Positions 62,907 through 64,000 of a DNA stretch of 64,000 bases are shown piece by piece. Positions within the stretch are counted from its first letter, which is position 1, and the number at the start of each line of letters is the position of its first letter. Both the position numbers and the translations under genes were made by a program. The stretch comes from Girardia tigrina. Taxonomy: Eukaryota. Location: assembly GCA_001938485.1 (NCBI GenBank), contig MQRK01234723.1, positions 1 to 64,000 of the forward strand, given 5' to 3'. Under the pieces are notes generated by a model that saw only the letters and a list, made by a program, of their open reading frames with translations, was not told the origin of the DNA and ran no database searches.

Positions 62907-64000
62907 ATCATCTCAACAGTAAACATCTTACCATTTTTTATCAGGATTTGACAATGCTTCTCTTCAAGAACTAAACAAAAAGCCTTTGCTTTAAATTCAC
63001 TTGTTTTTGAAATGTGAACTGAGATATCACATCCATTTACGGATAGTTTTTCATCTTGTGCAGATACATCAAAACAGAAGATGGAGTATAGATTCTTAAA
63101 ATCTCGAATGTTTAACTGAGCAGTTTCAATTTGAAATTCTTTACACATTTTAAGATAAGCGAGATAGGGTTCCATTTGATAATTCTTTGAGGAATCAAAT
63201 TCCATTTTATTGATAGGATAGTAAGAGTTATTAATCTGTACTCTTAAACTCGTGATTTGATTAGTACCATCTTTTTGTATAAATAAGGAGTTATTTTTCT
63301 CAATTGAAGTGGTTAAGTCTTTGAAAGCTAGTAAAACATATCTTGGTCTAGAACTGGTTAAACTTACTTTCCAACTTATGTTTGTACTTCCTGGTGTAAG
63401 ATCAATGGTTGTTCCATTTCTATTTAAGAAGTTGACTGATATAGGTTTATCTTTGTTCAATCTTTCTAACAAAGCAACTTCACTTCTGGGGTTAACTGTT
63501 AACTCTGGAACCCATAACTCTATTAAATCAAGTTCAACTTTACCTGTAGGTTTTACAGCAGTAGCACCCTCACCTGTACCTGTACCATATAAAATATCTG
63601 CGGGATTCAATTTTCTATTTATGATGATGTTGATAGGTAAGAGAAATAAAACTCTGTTATAATTTTCTAAGAATCCAAATAACTTATTCAATGGGAATCT
63701 TCCTTCTGATGTATATGATTTATCAGCTTTTAGTTTATCATCATTATTATATAAAGACTTTCTGATTTTAAAACCAGTATTATCTGTGGTTCCTTTTTCA
63801 ACATCTGGAACCCAACCTATAGATTCACCTTCTGGAGATGCTTTGTTTAACATGATAAAATTTAACATGCTTGAAAAGTCACCACAGTTATGAATATTTT
63901 CAATTTCTGATGAACCAAGTTGTAATCTCATATTTTCAAACATCCTTGGAAAGAAGTTGTTTTCAAGTGTAACATTTGAATCAGCAACAAAGCCAGATAG
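62903..64000 (-). CDS. Double jelly-roll major capsid protein of Polinton/adintovirus type (5' end beyond window)
   Basis: Frame open to the window edge (..TLENNFFPRMFEN..); PLNKLFGF, IELWVP, RPRYVLLAF, VQINNSYYP, IFCFDVS motifs; convergent with the integrase, stop codons overlap. Confidence 0.8.
   Translation of the reverse strand, partial: LSGFVADSNVTLENNFFPRMFENMRLQLGSSEIENIHNCGDFSSMLNFIMLNKASPEGESIGWVPDVEKGTTDNTGFKIRKSLYNNDDKLKADKSYTSEGRFPLNKLFGFLENYNRVLFLLPINIIINRKLNPADILYGTGTGEGATAVKPTGKVELDLIELWVPELTVNPRSEVALLERLNKDKPISVNFLNRNGTTIDLTPGSTNISWKVSLTSSRPRYVLLAFKDLTTSIEKNNSLFIQKDGTNQITSLRVQINNSYYPINKMEFDSSKNYQMEPYLAYLKMCKEFQIETAQLNIRDFKNLYSIFCFDVSAQDEKLSVNGCDISVHISKTSEFKAKAFCLVLEEKHCQILIKNGKMFTVEMI

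Larger units (their letters stand above)
60214..64000. mobile_element. Polinton/Maverick (adintovirus-like) endogenous virus, left arm
   Basis: AGTAGT terminus interrupting a host repeat, rve integrase, PLA2 domain and DJR capsid gene. Confidence 0.88.

Overview
Very AT-rich animal (probably invertebrate) genomic scaffold with N gaps, dominated by nested, decayed transposons: Tc1/mariner, hAT, Helentron/HINE-like, Gypsy, RTE, MULE and Penelope-type hammerhead repeats. Host genes are an intronless ubiquitin E2, an intronless double-RING protein and a manually reconstructed 6-exon basigin/neuroplastin-like gene on the minus strand. That gene spans ~30 kb, with three 50-60 nt introns and two 11-17 kb introns that contain an antisense UFSP2-N-domain-like ORF and an eEF2 gene fragment. 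The right end holds the left arm of an apparently intact Polinton/adintovirus-like element: an AGTAGT-initiated ~190-bp terminal hairpin, a single ORF fusing a zinc finger, a parvovirus-type phospholipase A2 and a retroviral-type integrase, and a convergent double-jelly-roll major capsid gene running off the window. All family assignments come from motif recognition by eye; no searches were run.
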